Source of the DNA: Paraspadella gotoi
Lineage: Eukaryota; Animalia; Chaetognatha
DNA: 64,000 nucleotides
NCBI GenBank assembly: GCA_051294375.1
Contig: CM119270.1
Span: forward strand, 7,156,564 to 7,220,563
Direction of reading: 5' to 3'
This document shows, piece by piece, positions 50,200-63,544 of the stretch. The translations under genes and the position numbers were made by a program. Numbering within the stretch: position 1 is the stretch's first letter; every line of letters begins with the position of its first letter. The notes beneath the pieces were generated by a model. That model was given only the letters and a program-made list of their open reading frames with translations, had not been told where the DNA came from and made no database searches.

Positions 50200-50759
50200 C
50201 TCTCTCTCCTCTCCTCGTCGCGTTCTCCTCTTCTCTCATCTCTCTCACTCTCTCTCACTCTCTCTAACTCTCTCTCGCACTGTCTCGCACGTTATCGCGA
50301 GTTTTTCACATTTTAAGAAAAGCCTTTCCTATTTTTTTTATTATTCTTTCAACAGGTTGAAGTTTCTTCGTAACCATTAATTTTGTCGACATATTTTAAA
50401 ACCTGATAATTTTCTTATCTTCTAAAGTAATAACAAAAAAACGGTTCTTGATTTTTTTTCTTTTGAAAAAAAAAAAGACGACGTTTGATCGTAAACAAAC
50501 AAAAGCGAAGCTGAAATTAAAGTAAACTTCGATTTTCTCTCTCCTCCCTTCCTCCCTCTCCAGTCTCCTCTCTCTCCTCTCTCTCTCTCCTCTCTCTCTT
50601 CTCTCTCCTCTCTCTTTCCTGTCGTGAAGTTGAATATAGTAAAAAAGTTCACATTTAATCAAATGTTATTTTTTAAGGTTAAAACCGATTATTAACTTCT
50701 TCGTACGATAATCTACTACATGGAATTTACTGAAAACAATTTTAAAAACAACTTTTTAG

Positions 50760-51232
50760 AATCGTTCGCGACGGCGACCCTTTCCACCTCCCGTCAGGAA
50801 TAACAAAGGGAATTAAAAACAACAAAAAAAACAACAACAAAAAACAAAAGAGAAATAGAAAACAGAAACAAAACAAAAACAAAAAAAAACGGAACAAAAA
50901 CAGAAAATCTTTCGCGGCCAAAAACGCGGAGCCGATGTCAGCGTCGGCTGCGGCGTCGGCTGCGGCGTTCGCCACGACGCCGGATCGCAACCCGACGGCG
51001 CTGACCTCCGACGGACAAAATAATTTGATCTCAGTCGGCGCCGCTTCTGCGGGGTCGGCGTCGGCGGCGTCATTGGTGGCGGCGCGCCAAGCGGACGTCG
51101 GGGGAATCAACGGAGAGATCGGAGAGATCGAGGAGACAAAAGATCATTCGTCGGCGACGTCGATGACGACGACGACGACGACGACGACGATGGTCGACGC
51201 CGATGCAATGAAAGAAAACGACAATGAGAACA
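50760..51232 (+). CDS. Candidate low-complexity exon (K/N-rich, then Ala/Ser- and Thr-rich)
   Basis: TTTTTAG acceptor and CAG|GTGAAC donor, both phase 2. Open frame IVRDGDPFHLPSGITKG-K/N-rich-RKSFAAKNAEPMSASAAAS...ENDNENR. Could be a chance ORF in trinucleotide-rich DNA. Confidence 0.3.
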
Positions 51233-51239
51233 GGTGAAC

Positions 51240-51293
<54 letters not shown>

Positions 51294-51403
51294 CTGTTCA
51301 ATATAGTTTTTGTTAGTTGTTGTTGTTGTTGTTGTTTCGCTCTCCGATGATGGAATCGCATTATCTCCTGTCATCGAGCTCCTGACGATTATTTCTTTCG
51401 AAA

Positions 51404-51672
51404 GACCAATTAGCCAATCAGGGACGATCGACCTCCAGCCAATCAGCAATGATGCTACCTCCAGCTAATCAACAACTTGTAACCGATCGACGTCGGGTAA
51501 CCTCTAGTCAATCAGCGATACATGGTTTTTTTTAAACCAATCAGCGAATTGTGACCTCCGACCAATGATCACTGACATTGAATCACCAACGACACTACCT
51601 CCAGCCAATCAGTAACTCGCGACCTTTAACCATTCGAGGACGCGTGACCTCCAATCCAATCACGTTACCTCC
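51404..51672. repeat. ~25-bp tandem repeat with GACCTCCAGCCAATCAGC consensus (CCAAT-box array)
   Basis: About 10 degenerate units. Exact CCAATCA at ~51413, 51439, 51537, 51605, 51656. Confidence 0.8.
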
Positions 51673-51727
51673 AAGCCGCAAAACAAAAGTCACGTGAGGT
51701 TTCGTTGGGCGAATGGATAGTTGTCCG

Positions 51728-51768
<41 letters not shown>

Positions 51769-51867
51769 TCACGCCAGACCGAATATGCTGGCCATCGATT
51801 TTATGGGTTTCGCCTCTCGGGTCACCGATTGACGACTCCGCGGTGTCCCCCTTGAACAACGAGGGAG
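51669..51867 (-). CDS. Candidate internal exon (PSLFKGDTAESSIGDPRGETHKIDGQHIRSGVM-polyT-RRTTIHSPNETSRDFCFAAW)
   Basis: Minus-strand CCCTAAACCTCTACAG acceptor and GAG|GTAACG donor. One frame is open throughout. Confidence 0.3.
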
Positions 51868-51889
51868 CTGTAGAGGTTTAGGGAATCAT

Positions 51890-52205
51890 AGGAGAGAAAG
51901 GCGAGCAAGCAAAGGAGAGGGATTTAACAAGCAAGGGTGAGAGGGGTGAGCAAGCAAAGGAGAGGTAGGGTAGCAAGAATGGGATAGAGGGGCGAAGAAA
52001 CAAAGAAGAGGGATGTCACCAATCAAGAGATAGAGGGGCTAGCAAGCAAAGAAGAGGGATGTCAGCAATCAAGGGATATAGGGGCGAACAAGCAAAGGAG
52101 AGGTATGACAGCAAGAAAGGGAAAGAGGAAACCAAGGAGAGGAATGTCTGCAAGCAAGCGGGAGAAGGGTGAGCAAGCAAAGGAGAATGGTCAAAAGCAA
52201 GAGAG
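51890..52205. repeat. Purine-rich ~46-bp minisatellite (AGCAAGCAAAGGAGAGG...)
   Basis: AGCAAGCAAAG(G/A)AGAGG-like units at ~51904, 51949, 51996, 52041, 52088, 52172. Confidence 0.85.
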
Positions 52206-53299
52206 AAATGCGGAAAAACCAAGTTTTTTTTATTAGTTTAATACGTTCGAAATGTTATATTTACTTGAAAATAGTTAGTGAGCGATACATATATTGAAGA
52301 TGTACTTGAAGAGATAGTAAAAACTATGTCAGAAAAATGTCGAGAGTAAAATTGAACTTGATTGGCAACACGAATTAGATCCGTTTTATTTTATGCGGTT
52401 GAATGAGTTGAATGATCGATCGATTGATTGATTAATTTTCACGATAGTTAATCCCTGAAACAACGAATAAATTTCAGGTTGTGGTGAGAGTAAGAGAGAA
52501 GGAGAGAGAATCCAGAAACGATCCTCGATTGCATATGGCAAGTGATGGCAAGTGATGGCATCATTTGCCAGTTTCCCTTTCTTCGTTGGTGTCAGTTTTT
52601 TAATTAAAACTCAAAACCCAAAAACTCGTTTTTCGTTGTTTTTGTTTTTAGATGAGGTCGACGACGGAAACGACAATGAAAATGACGTTGTCCTTTTGTT
52701 TTTGTTGTTTTTTGTTTTTTTTTTGTTTTTGTTGTCGTTGTTGCTGTTGTTGGGTTATATTTTTATGAGAGCTCCGATTCCACCGCCGCCAGACGATGCC
52801 TCTCTCCTTTATTATTTCAATTCATTTTCTCGTTTCGAGGTCGGATTGATTTTTTTATTCAAATAAAAAAAATTCATCCTTAAGGATTAACCAGTTCTTG
52901 CCCCCTTGTTCAAAATTATATGTAAAAAAAATTAATAAAGGCATTCCAATCGCTTTCAATGTTAAATTTTATTTTATTTTAAAAACAAGCTATTACAAAC
53001 GTAAATAAAAAAAAAACAAAATTAACTAAAAAAAAGGATGGGGTGTAAAAAAGAAAATTCAGGACAAAAAAAAAACCGGAACTCGGACGAGATTAGGGAG
53101 AAAAACTAGGACACAGAAAAATCTGAGACAAACTTGGGACTCGAGAAAAAAAACATTGGGATCTCAAGGAGGGAAAAAGAAGGAATAAATCAAAATCGAT
53201 GAGAAAGTTAGCTGCGAAAAAGGGGTCCGTGTTGCTAGGAGGCTGGGCTGAATCGCGGCCCGAGCAGGGTCTCACGGAGTGGTGCACACGTCGTTCAGG

Positions 53300-53945
53300 G
53301 GGAGGCGGGGGAAGCGAGGGAGGAGAGGAGAGGGACGAGAGAGAAGGACGAGGAGCGAGGCGACGAGGGAGAGAAGGAGGAAAGGAGTTGAGAAAAGAGA
53401 GGAGGGACGAGGAGAAGGAGGAGGAGCGAGGAGGAGAGAGAGGAGCGAGAGAAGAGGAGCGAGAGAGAGAGGAGAGCAAGGGAGAAGGAGAAGGGAGGGG
53501 TAGCGAGGAGAGAGGAGGAGGGAGGAAGGGAGCTAGGAGAGGAAGGAGGGGGGGAGAGGAGAGGAGCAGAGGAAAGGAGGAGCGGAGGAGGGAGGAGAGG
53601 GCACGGATAGGAGTGGAGGTGCAGATAGAGAGTGAGGGAGGGAGGGAAGGAGAGGAGAGGGAGAGGAGTGGAGGAGAGGAGCGAGGGTAGAGAGAGGCGA
53701 GCGAGAGAGGATGAGAAGAGGAGGAGGGAGGAGAGAGAAGGAGGAGAGAGAGCGAGGGGACGGAGAGGAGGAGAGGAGGACGGAGCGAGAGAAGGCAGTA
53801 AGAGAAGGGAGGGAGGAGGAGAGGAAAGCAGGGAGCGAGGAGGGAGAAGAGAGAGGAGGGGAGGATGTAAGAGCGGAGAAAGGAGAAAGGGGGGACGGGA
53901 GGAAGGAGGGGGGAGCGAGGAGGAGAGAGGGGGAGGAGGGATGGG
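53300..53945. repeat. Irregular G/A-only low-complexity tract
   Basis: Near-pure purine run of GGA/GA units, probably a noisy read of a microsatellite. Confidence 0.85.
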
Positions 53946-55979
53946 CAGACAGGGGATCATGACGAAGGGTGATGTCGGAGAGAGAGAGTATAGAGAATAG
54001 GGACGGCGAGGAAGTCGAGAGCGCAACACCACAAAATTAAAAGAAACAGAGAATCGGCCATAGAGGAAAACGGAAAGGCACAAAGTATCAAAACCTGATC
54101 AACGAAGGCCAAAGTTGGAACAAACCATGTGAAGGAAAAATACATAAAAAAGAAAAGTAAAGAAAAGACAAAACCCACCAAGATATAATAAGTAGGCGTT
54201 TAACAGTATGGTATATACATATACATAGTACTTATATATGAAAATTTTTGCCAAATTACTTGCTTTCATCTATTTCTTTTTCTCAATTTAATTTTAATAT
54301 ACTTTTAAGGATTTAGTTTTTATCTAACATAATTATTGTAATCCAAACAATTAGGGCTTTCTTTTTGTAAAATGTTTTATTTATATAAATTCAATTTGGA
54401 AGGGGGAAGTACGTGTGTCTCTGGAAAGTATAGGGAGCATCTATCACACAAGTGATATAACATCTGTCCTAGGTTCTAATAGATATCACACATCAATGGT
54501 CTGTTAGAAAGTCAATTAAGGAAAATAAAAATCTAAGAGGTGAACAGAAAGCGGTGCGGAATGGATAATGCGTTTGAAGGGGACCGAACGTAAAGATTTT
54601 TTTAACCCATAGGAAAGAACTACCAAATGGTAGAATTGTTGATCGAGATAGGGATATCATACTGGGGGGTGAAGTAGGTCGTGAAGGCAACGCACCTGTT
54701 AGTAGAATAGATAAGATCTAATAATACTTAATAAATGATTTTTTCTTACCATTGTTTTAATTATTTCTTTTGAATATTTTTTAATCTTTTAGTGTTTTAC
54801 AAGGAAGCTAAGTCATCAGGTTGGGAACCTATACCCTTCATGGAATCTCAGGCTCTATAATCCAATATCAGGTATCCGGCGAGCCATCACCAAATGGTGG
54901 GATCCCCGTTGTTTGCTTATGCTTATATTTTAAAAGAGGTATATTTGAATGTTTATCTGAACCGGGACCAATAACCGGCATACAGCCAAAGCATTATCAG
55001 AAATTATTAAGAAGAAATTTATTAAGGTTTTATAGATAATTGTAATGGGTAAATTAATTTAAAATAAGTCTAAATAATTGTAAGATAATAAGGTAGGATA
55101 AATTATGTGAGGTTAAGTAAAGTTAACATATAAGTTATAGTCAAAGGCAGTAAAAAATAAGTGTAAATCAAAGAAGTTAAATAAGATTAAATAAGTTATT
55201 TAAATATTAATTCGTTGATGTTATCAGCATATTGAAACTAATTATGTAATGTTAGGGATTGGTAAAGTATATTTTGGTTATTGTTGTGTTCCTTATTAAG
55301 TTTACTAGGCGAACCAGATCAAGTATAGATCTTGTCGCGCCTCTCACACCCAGAAGTTAACATCGCAGGTAACATTAACTATGTTTTTATTAGTTCCTAT
55401 AAGACTAGTCTCTTGAAAAATTTTAATTCCCAATGTTGTCTTGAAGGTCCCTTAACAATAAAAGCGCCTCGGACTTCGTAGTTTTTTTGCTTAAATTTAT
55501 GCTGCCGCTCGGATATGAAAATCTGTAAACAGCATGCCAAGACATATCTTGCATATCTGGATATTGTGGCTATAAGAGTACGAAGAGCCACGAGATGCCA
55601 GTGCTGACGGCGACTCGCTTTGCTTTAGAATAGGCGAGACTGTCCGGATTAGCTGGGAGTGAATGTGACTAGCCGCTTGCAAGAAGAAAGGACAAATCCT
55701 TTATCATGCGGAAAGCATAAGATATTTGTTTCTGCATTCAGTATGATGTCTAAAAGTAGATCGCTACACTTGTTAGGTCTGTACTATGTGAGATTATTAT
55801 CAGGTGAAGGTGACCCCCTGGATATAGGTGCTGGATGTTACGATATTGAAAATGTGAAGTAGGATAATAACTGGCTGGAAGCAACTATTGTAATCTGTGT
55901 AACCTATTGAGGTTGTAATTTGGACAGTAAGATACTATGAGTACAGTACTGATANNNNNNNNNNNNNNNNNNNNNNNNN

Positions 55980-58900
55980 TCCGAGAAGCCAGCAGGTTGA
56001 CTTAGCAGCTATTTTTAGGTTCACAAAATTTGATGAAGATTCGTTCCTGACGGAAAAGGATAAGTTTTGACGGGAATCCTTTTCACATTGGAAAGTTTTC
56101 TTTTTAGTTTCAAGCTGATGGTTGAATCAATGCCAGGGTATTCTGCAAAATTAAAATATTATTGAATTATCTGCATTGGACCAAAGACGAAAGCCCCCAC
56201 AAAGCAATTTCGGAATTTAAGTACCACGCCGCATGGAACAGAGGGCTCTCACATTGGCTTAAAAAAGCGCCTTTTTACGGTCATTATTGGGGCCATCGTA
56301 ACACACGGCGTCAGACTGGTTGCCTGAGATTTCTTAAAAAAGGTAAAATTGAAGCTGATGATATAAGAAAACTAGAGATTAATTTTCGACTTAAGAGAGG
56401 CTGAAAAGATTGCCATTTTGAGTAATGATGCTGGTGATTTCAGAGTTCAATGGAAGCTGTAAAAAAGGTGATTGACGAAGAATCCTCCACGTTTCGAAAT
56501 GAAGGATTAGATAATCATTATAAATTTGCAATAGAAAAAGGATGTGTTTTGATTTTCAAACTTTCTTGACTTTTTAGATCGTCAAACGTTTAAAAATGAA
56601 GGATTCTCCCTTTTTGTCCAAGCCAGGTTAAAGTTAAGAAGGACGAGAAACCAGCGGCGAAGATCTCGGCTACAGCGGTAAACAGAAAATTACGAAATAT
56701 CTGTATCTTAGGTTTTATTAAAAATCAGTCAAATAAGCAAGGTTAACGATATTATAAGAAATGTAAAATTATGTGAGAGTTCCACCATCTAAGTAAGTGT
56801 AAAAAATTATTTGAATTAACCTATGATAAGAAAATCTCAACTTTAAAGAAAATAAATTATGTTTCCGATGTTTTGGATATGGTCATTATGAGTTCAAATT
56901 GTCGTTCAAATTATTATTTGTGAAAAATGTAAAAATAGAAACCATTTGCCACTCTCCTACATCGTGGCATTCTCCAGCTGCTCCTTCAGTATCCTTGCCT
57001 CAACAGCAAGCAACGGACGGCGAACGTTCAAACGCGCGACGACGAAGGTTTCTTCTTCAAAATCATTTTCGCCCCCTATTGTTGCAGTTAAGGTAACTTA
57101 CAAATGACAAATGTAGAAATATTATGCTTGTTGGATACTGGAAGTTAATCGCACGTGTTGTTCGAAACGAGTTATTAATTATTTAGATTCTCCCAACAAA
57201 TGAAGAAATAGCAGGTTTCTACTTTAGATTTTAGTTAAAATGCGAAAATCGCATTACTACTTAAATTTACCAATTAATCTTGGAAAATGCACATTCAGAA
57301 AACGCTTCCGACGTCATAGTGCTGATATTCTCCCAACCGGAAAACGTGACACTCCCAACTCAATCAGGAGATTGACTCCTATGAACATCATTTAAAGGGA
57401 TCAAGTAGAAAAAATAAGTTCAAATGATATTTGATTACTTTATAGCGCACAGATCACATCCAAATCCTTTCATGCCGTCCCCTCCGACGCGATACGCGCG
57501 GTGGGGCAATTTTTCCCCTATTGCTTTCCAAACTAAATGGGGATGGCGCAATCGAGGGTCCCAATGTCGTTGACGTCCAAACGCAGGAGTCTCGAAGCCA
57601 ATTGCATTGCCGCTGACAAACACAGAACTATTGAAGCAGGTAAATTGCTTCTTTTTAGTCATGATTTTCAATGACAATCATTCGAAAAAGATGGTTTTTC
57701 CCGTTAATGATCAAAAAGTAATAAATGTTTTAAATGAATCAAATTCAATTATTGACGGAAAATATCAAAGTTGAGCTGCCTTGCAAAGAAAGCAGCAGCC
57801 GCGAAGCGGCCGGCGATGAAGTTTTGAATCTGCCTCCAGTTCTTCAGATGGCCCGCCGATCGCCCTAAAAAGACTCGACCAAAGTTGGAAAAAGGACCCT
57901 GAAATAAAAAAATCTGTATTCTTTGAGCAGGTAAAATAAATGGATAAATGACGGGATACTGCAACGTGATTGAAAATCCAGATGAAGAATTGAAAGACGA
58001 CCAATATGGATCATGGCCATGATATTTCGTATCCAAAGTTGAGAACCAGGCAAGTAAGAGTGTGTTCATGACGCCAAAGCTGAGTCAAAAGCGAATTCAT
58101 TAAATCTGCACTTCTTCCAGGTCCCGACTTAGCTAATAATCTTGCAGTGTCTCACACGGATTCGTAAGGATCTATAGTTTTAATGCAAGAGTATTAAAAG
58201 AATTTTTACAACCAGATTCGCATCGACGAGAAAGATCGCGACGCTCAACGATTTTGGTTTGGAAAGACGAAAAAATGGATGAAATAATAATGGGTAAGAA
58301 TGAACATTAATGTTTTTGGAACAGCCCCCTCAGGTTGCTATTGCCAATTTGCTTACAATATCCGCTAAATAAATAAGCCTTTTTAATGATTTAGAAAAAC
58401 AATTGAAAACATTTTTAAGAAATGTTTATTTGTAGACGATATGACGAAAAGATTCTTTTAAATGTTCCTTTGGCTAAGCGATAACAGATTCAGTCGTTGA
58501 TGAACTCCCTTCTGAAAGCGTGGATTCCGTTTGTCCAAATGAAGAACCAACAGCAGGAGGAATTGCATCTTACATCGGAGAACGAGCGCAGCTGTCCGAC
58601 CAGCATGAAGAGATTTGCTGGAAATCGGGCGAATCATTTACAGACATCGACCCTTGGAGTCGCCTTTGATCTTGGTATGATTGTTTTAAATTGCTTAGTA
58701 GGAATTAAAAGAGGGGAAAGATATTTAAAACAAACGTCAAGTTTTTATCCCTCACTGCCTCTATATTTGATCACTAGGATTCGCAGCTCCCTTTATTTTC
58801 ATTTAAGCAAAAAATGTTATTACAGATTTATTGCGCTCAAGCTACGATTGGATGAAACAATCCCCCGCCGAACAACTTCTCCCCTTCATGAGTGGCACAA

Positions 58901-61200
58901 CCCTCTTGCGAAATTGAAAACCTCTCCATCCCCCGCTGGACAATGTCGTTCAGAACTAGAGAAATAAAGGTCAAATAGAACTTCATCTTTTCTCAGATGC
59001 TTCACAAGATGGATACGGGCGCCGTCGCTTATTTACGTTTGGTAGATATTTTTGAACAAAATTTCATGTGTAATTTTAATTTAGCAAAATCAGAGTTGCT
59101 CCTATACAACGTACAGGTGTGGTTTCTAAGAGACCCATCCACGCTTAGAATTAACCCGCTCGAGTAATATCAACCGAAAATATTTAAATTTTTAATGCAA
59201 GAAAGTGAACAAGAAGTTTAATCAAGTTTATTTTTGGATTGATGCGATGTGCATATTAAAACAAATACGAAATAATGTTACACGTTTTAAGGCTTTCTTT
59301 TTGCAAACAGATTGGCAAAAATCCATGAAGTTTTTCCCTCCCGTCGCAGTGGCATTACGCTTCCTACAATCCAAAACCCGCCGATATTTGTTCCCGAGGC
59401 AATCCTCGCGGGAAACTCAGACGCTTGCGTCCTTGTCCATTTCAAGGTTCCCGCCTTTCTTTGGCAAATGGCCCGCCGACATGGCCGACAGTGTGACGGA
59501 GATTTCATGTAAATCATGACGAAATTAAAAGTAGAGTTAATGTATAAAACTAGTAAATTAACTGAAACGCGGAATTTTTAAGAAAAATATCAGCTAACTT
59601 ATCTCAATGGTCAAAACTTGTTTTAGAAGTAGAGTAATTATTTATCAAAGACTTCATACGCTATTTGGCTAAACCTAAGGAAATAAAAACGCGAACAAAA
59701 GCAAATAATTTTTAGCCACGAAATTACAGAAACAAATTTAGCAGAAAAAAGGCAATTATAAAATTAATACAAAGTTGAAGCCTTTTGAAAATGAATTAAA
59801 TTTTTCCTTCTTAAGGAATCATAAGCATCGTGACCCTGCAGATTCGACAGAATTACGCTCTAAAGTTTCCCCATTCGCATATTTAAGATCCGTTCATCGA
59901 CGGACGACGCGTATTCTCCGTGTCGGAGGTCGACCTGCATCGAGCAAATTGAGCGTTACTGAGACTCGCCATCCCGCATCCTCCCAGCGAAGTCACCTCA
60001 GGGTAGAAAATGCTTATTAGAATTAATTCATATAAAATGAAGCCACACGCCGGAGCAGAACAAGGTTCATTGCTCAATTTAGACAAACAATATTGGATCT
60101 TATCTGGACGTTCAAAACACGAAGGAAAAAATTATTCGAAAATGGTTGTGCCTGTCAACGTCGTCGATGCGAAGCCAGAGAAGCAGAAGATGGCGCCACT
60201 TCCTGCAATAAGATTGGAACCAGGTTACCCATTTGAAGCTTCAGGCGTTTGACCTTTGTGGCCCTTTTAATGTTAGATATATCGTAGACAGCAAAAAGGA
60301 TGGATTGCGTTATTTTACTTGCCTCCGGATGAGAAGCTGTTCATTTGGAAGTTGTTAAAGATATTTTCTACATTCATGTTTTTATAAATGCTCTCTTCAG
60401 ATTTCAGGCACGCCGATCCAGTTTGACGCATCCTTTATAGCGATAATGTCGAATTTTAAAGGCGCAGATAAAGAGCTTAAAGCTGCACTCAAAGCCTACA
60501 AAACAAAGGACTTACCAGAAGAACTACGGAAGAAAGGATTGGAATGGCGAAATCAACCCTTCCAGGAATCACCTCATGGGGAGGCATCTGGAACGGCCTT
60601 TATCCCGCACCGGTCAAAAAACTCTCACGTTTCTATTTGCGATAAGGAAAAAAAGTCCCAACTTGATTTTTTTTTGGGAAAAAATAAAAATTGGGGGGAA
60701 AACCCATTTTTGAATTACTATGGACAGAAAAGCCATTATTAATCGAGCCCTCTTGACCCACGTTTCCAATGAACCCTCGCGATCCCCGTCCTCTTTACCC
60801 TGAATATGATCCTTCCCCCGGGTTTCAGGCAAATCGGGGCCTGCTCGACCCTCCCTGTCCCCAATTGTGAAGAAAAAACGTCCGTTAACCAGCTCTTGAA
60901 GCAGTCTTATTAGCCTTGCTAAACTGCTTTTGGAAAAACGGATGGCGAACCGAATACATTACGACGGTTTCAACAACGCACAATTGCGACGTCATCTCAG
61001 CGAAAATCTGCGATGTTTGACGATGTAGTTCATCCTTGTTGATGACTTGGCTCCGCGAGACAAATGTCGCTCGGTATTATTCACGCCGTGCATTCCGACG
61101 GAAACCCATGTTCGTCGCGTTTACAAGTCGAACCGCTAACGGAAAAATTGTTTTGATCGCGATTAGAACCAAGTAGATTCTGCCTGAATAAGCAAATCCG
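55980..61200 (+). mobile_element. BEL/Pao LTR retrotransposon internal region (gag-PR-RT-RH-IN), frameshifted throughout
   Basis: Gag FDGNP..W..F (~56065). Three Cys/His knuckles including CFRCFGYGH (56760-56960). Protease LLDTGS (~57127). RT LLPGPDL, IRIDEKDRDAQRF, VFG, VDD (~58110-58440). RNase H LHLFSDASQDGYG..AYLR (~58981), SRVAP, PRLEL, VYFWID. Integrase HAG..QYWIL, QKMAPLPAIRLEPGYPFEASGVD..GPF, AVHLEVV, SDN.SNFKGA (60040-60470). C-terminal FWKRW..EYI (~60930). Confidence 0.96.
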
Positions 61201-61488
61201 ACAACGAAGACTGTGAAGATGTTCCAGCGAGAAGTAAATGGTTGATGGAAATTGTCGATTTAAATGTTTTTATTTACATACTTGTAAAAATGTATCGCAT
61301 CGTTTTTTATTTACTTTTATTTTCTGAAGCTTATGTTTTAAGAAATTCATTTTAATGAAACGTTTTTTATGTAAAACGATCATTTCTACTGTCCTTTTTT
61401 TTTGGAATCGATATTTATCCTGTCCCCAACTTGCTTTTTTTAAACCAAAAATCTATAATGTCTGCATTTGGCAACAGCCGGGCGGTAT

Positions 61489-62034
61489 TGTTAGAGATAT
61501 TTAATGATTTTTATCTGAGTTTAACTCTTGTCCGTTCGAATCGAAGGAAACAAACCTATATTTAGAGTCAAATCGGTTGATTTAATAATTCCTGCTTTCC
61601 TATTGTTTTAAGTTTCCTTATTTTTTCCTAACCTCAATCTAGCTTCTTATTTTGGTCAAAAGTAGTATATTTAAGAGATCTAAACTTACTTGAACTAAGG
61701 TTGTTCTTGATTAATATGATGCAACCAGGAGGTAACTTATTTATGTTGAATACTTGAAATTATTTGTTTGAAATTAATACTTAAATTCTCTTTAGATTTA
61801 AAGCGTTTGTCCTCGTTTCTATTTCAACGTTTGTCCTCTTCTATTCACGTTTGTCCTCGTCTATTCATGTTTTCTGTCTCGCTTTATTCACGTTGTCCTT
61901 ATGTTTGTCTATATACGTTTAATATGTTTTCAAATTGGAAATCGCGTTCTTTATTACTAAATGGATTATTAATTTAAGGACATGGCTTAAACCCTGTATA
62001 GCATTTGTTTCTATGCAGAGAAAAACCCGCAACA
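61489..62034 (+). mobile_element. Putative 3' LTR (~546 bp) of the BEL/Pao element
   Basis: Follows a short GGGCGG tract. Termini TGTT...AACA. TATA-like TATATTTAAG at ~61665. Internal CGTTTGTCCTC repeats at 61803-61920. No 5' LTR in the window to confirm the limits. Confidence 0.55.
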
Positions 62035-62292
62035 TGAGGTTTTAAAAATTTTTTCTTTTTATCCGAAGGCCCGTTATAAATTGCACTTCGGGAAAGAGAA
62101 ACCCTTTTTGAATCTTAAAGAGGTGACGACGGTCAAAAAACAAAAAAATATTACAAAACAAAGGACAACGCATGGAGAACAAAACAAAAGAACAAAGGAT
62201 GGAAGAAGACGTCGGCCGAAAAAGTTGTAGTAAAAACCCCGTAGTAAAAGCCTGACGTCGTAAACTGGAAGGAGAGAGAGAGAGAGATGACG

Positions 62293-62329
<37 letters not shown>

Positions 62330-62657
62330 AAATTTAATCCTTATGAGAATTTCCAGCTCAAGAAAATGCTTAAGAAATCAATAAAAACAGTAATACTACG
62401 TAATAACTGAGAAAAACTAAGAGAAGCCTAAAAACTCTATAACTTTTAATTAATAGTATAGCATCATTAATCCCTTTGTTGTTCCTTTTCTCTCCCTCTC
62501 TCTTTTTCTCTCTCCCTTCTTTTTCGTTCGGGAGAGAAGGAAAAAACGGAAAGAAAAAAGCTTGGCGCTTCTCTTTGGTGGTTGAACAACGCAATTTGTC
62601 TGCCACTAATGGCTTAGTTATATAGCATCATCGCCTTAAAACGACAGCAGAATTCGT

Positions 62658-62737
<80 letters not shown>

Positions 62738-63544
62738 ACTTTCTAATCCGCCAAATAGAAAAAACACGAAAGACGATAACTAAATGGAAACGATGACGAT
62801 AACAACCGCTGACAAGTTTCATATGTCACTATAGCATTAATTGGACATTAAAATATAAGGAAGATTTAAAACAAAAACAACCAACAAACAAAGAAAATCT
62901 CCAATCTCAAGCAAATAAATATCGATGAACTTTAAGATGATGACTTAAATGTTCTTAAAAAGCCGATGAATATAATAACTTACAACGACAAACGACAATA
63001 GACGGCGACGACGGCGACGACGACGACGACGGACGCACGACGACTTCTCCCTTCCTCCCTTTGCTTTGGGTGGGATGCCACTTCCTTTTGGCATTTTTTT
63101 CTAGAATAAACGGTTTAAGAGGAAAGGAATTTTCTCTCTCCTCTCTCCTCTCCTCTCTCTCTCTCTCTCTCTCTCATCTCTCCCTCTCTCTGAAAAAAGA
63201 GGTAATGGTTAAAATATTCATGACGGCGAAAGAGGAAACAGTGCCTTCGTGGCTTCTATCGCCCACGATGAACTCTTTCCTCCGTTACTATCTCTCTCTT
63301 CACCAACCTTACTCTCGACCTTACCCTTTTAAAAAACTACAACTGCTCTTAGGTTAAACAGTCAACTCACCCCCGGCCTCCGCCGACGCCGCCTTTTTCC
63401 GTCCCTTTTTTCCCGCCAAAATTCAATCCCGCGAGTCTTATTTGAATTTTTACATTTTTTACTTAACACTTGAAAAAAAAGGCACCTTGTTTTATTTATT
63501 CCCTTTTCCCGTGACTCAATTTGAACCAAAATACTTTTTTACAA

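Noticed and set aside
55659-55862. LDIGAG methyltransferase motif I in a 67-aa ORF
   Set aside because: Six-residue match followed by a stop 8 codons later, with no other SAM-fold motifs.
55740-55950. In-frame TAA/TAG suggesting a stop-to-Gln genetic code
   Set aside because: Only three stops in an unverified frame, and the retroelement context is metazoan. Decay or sequencing error is sufficient.
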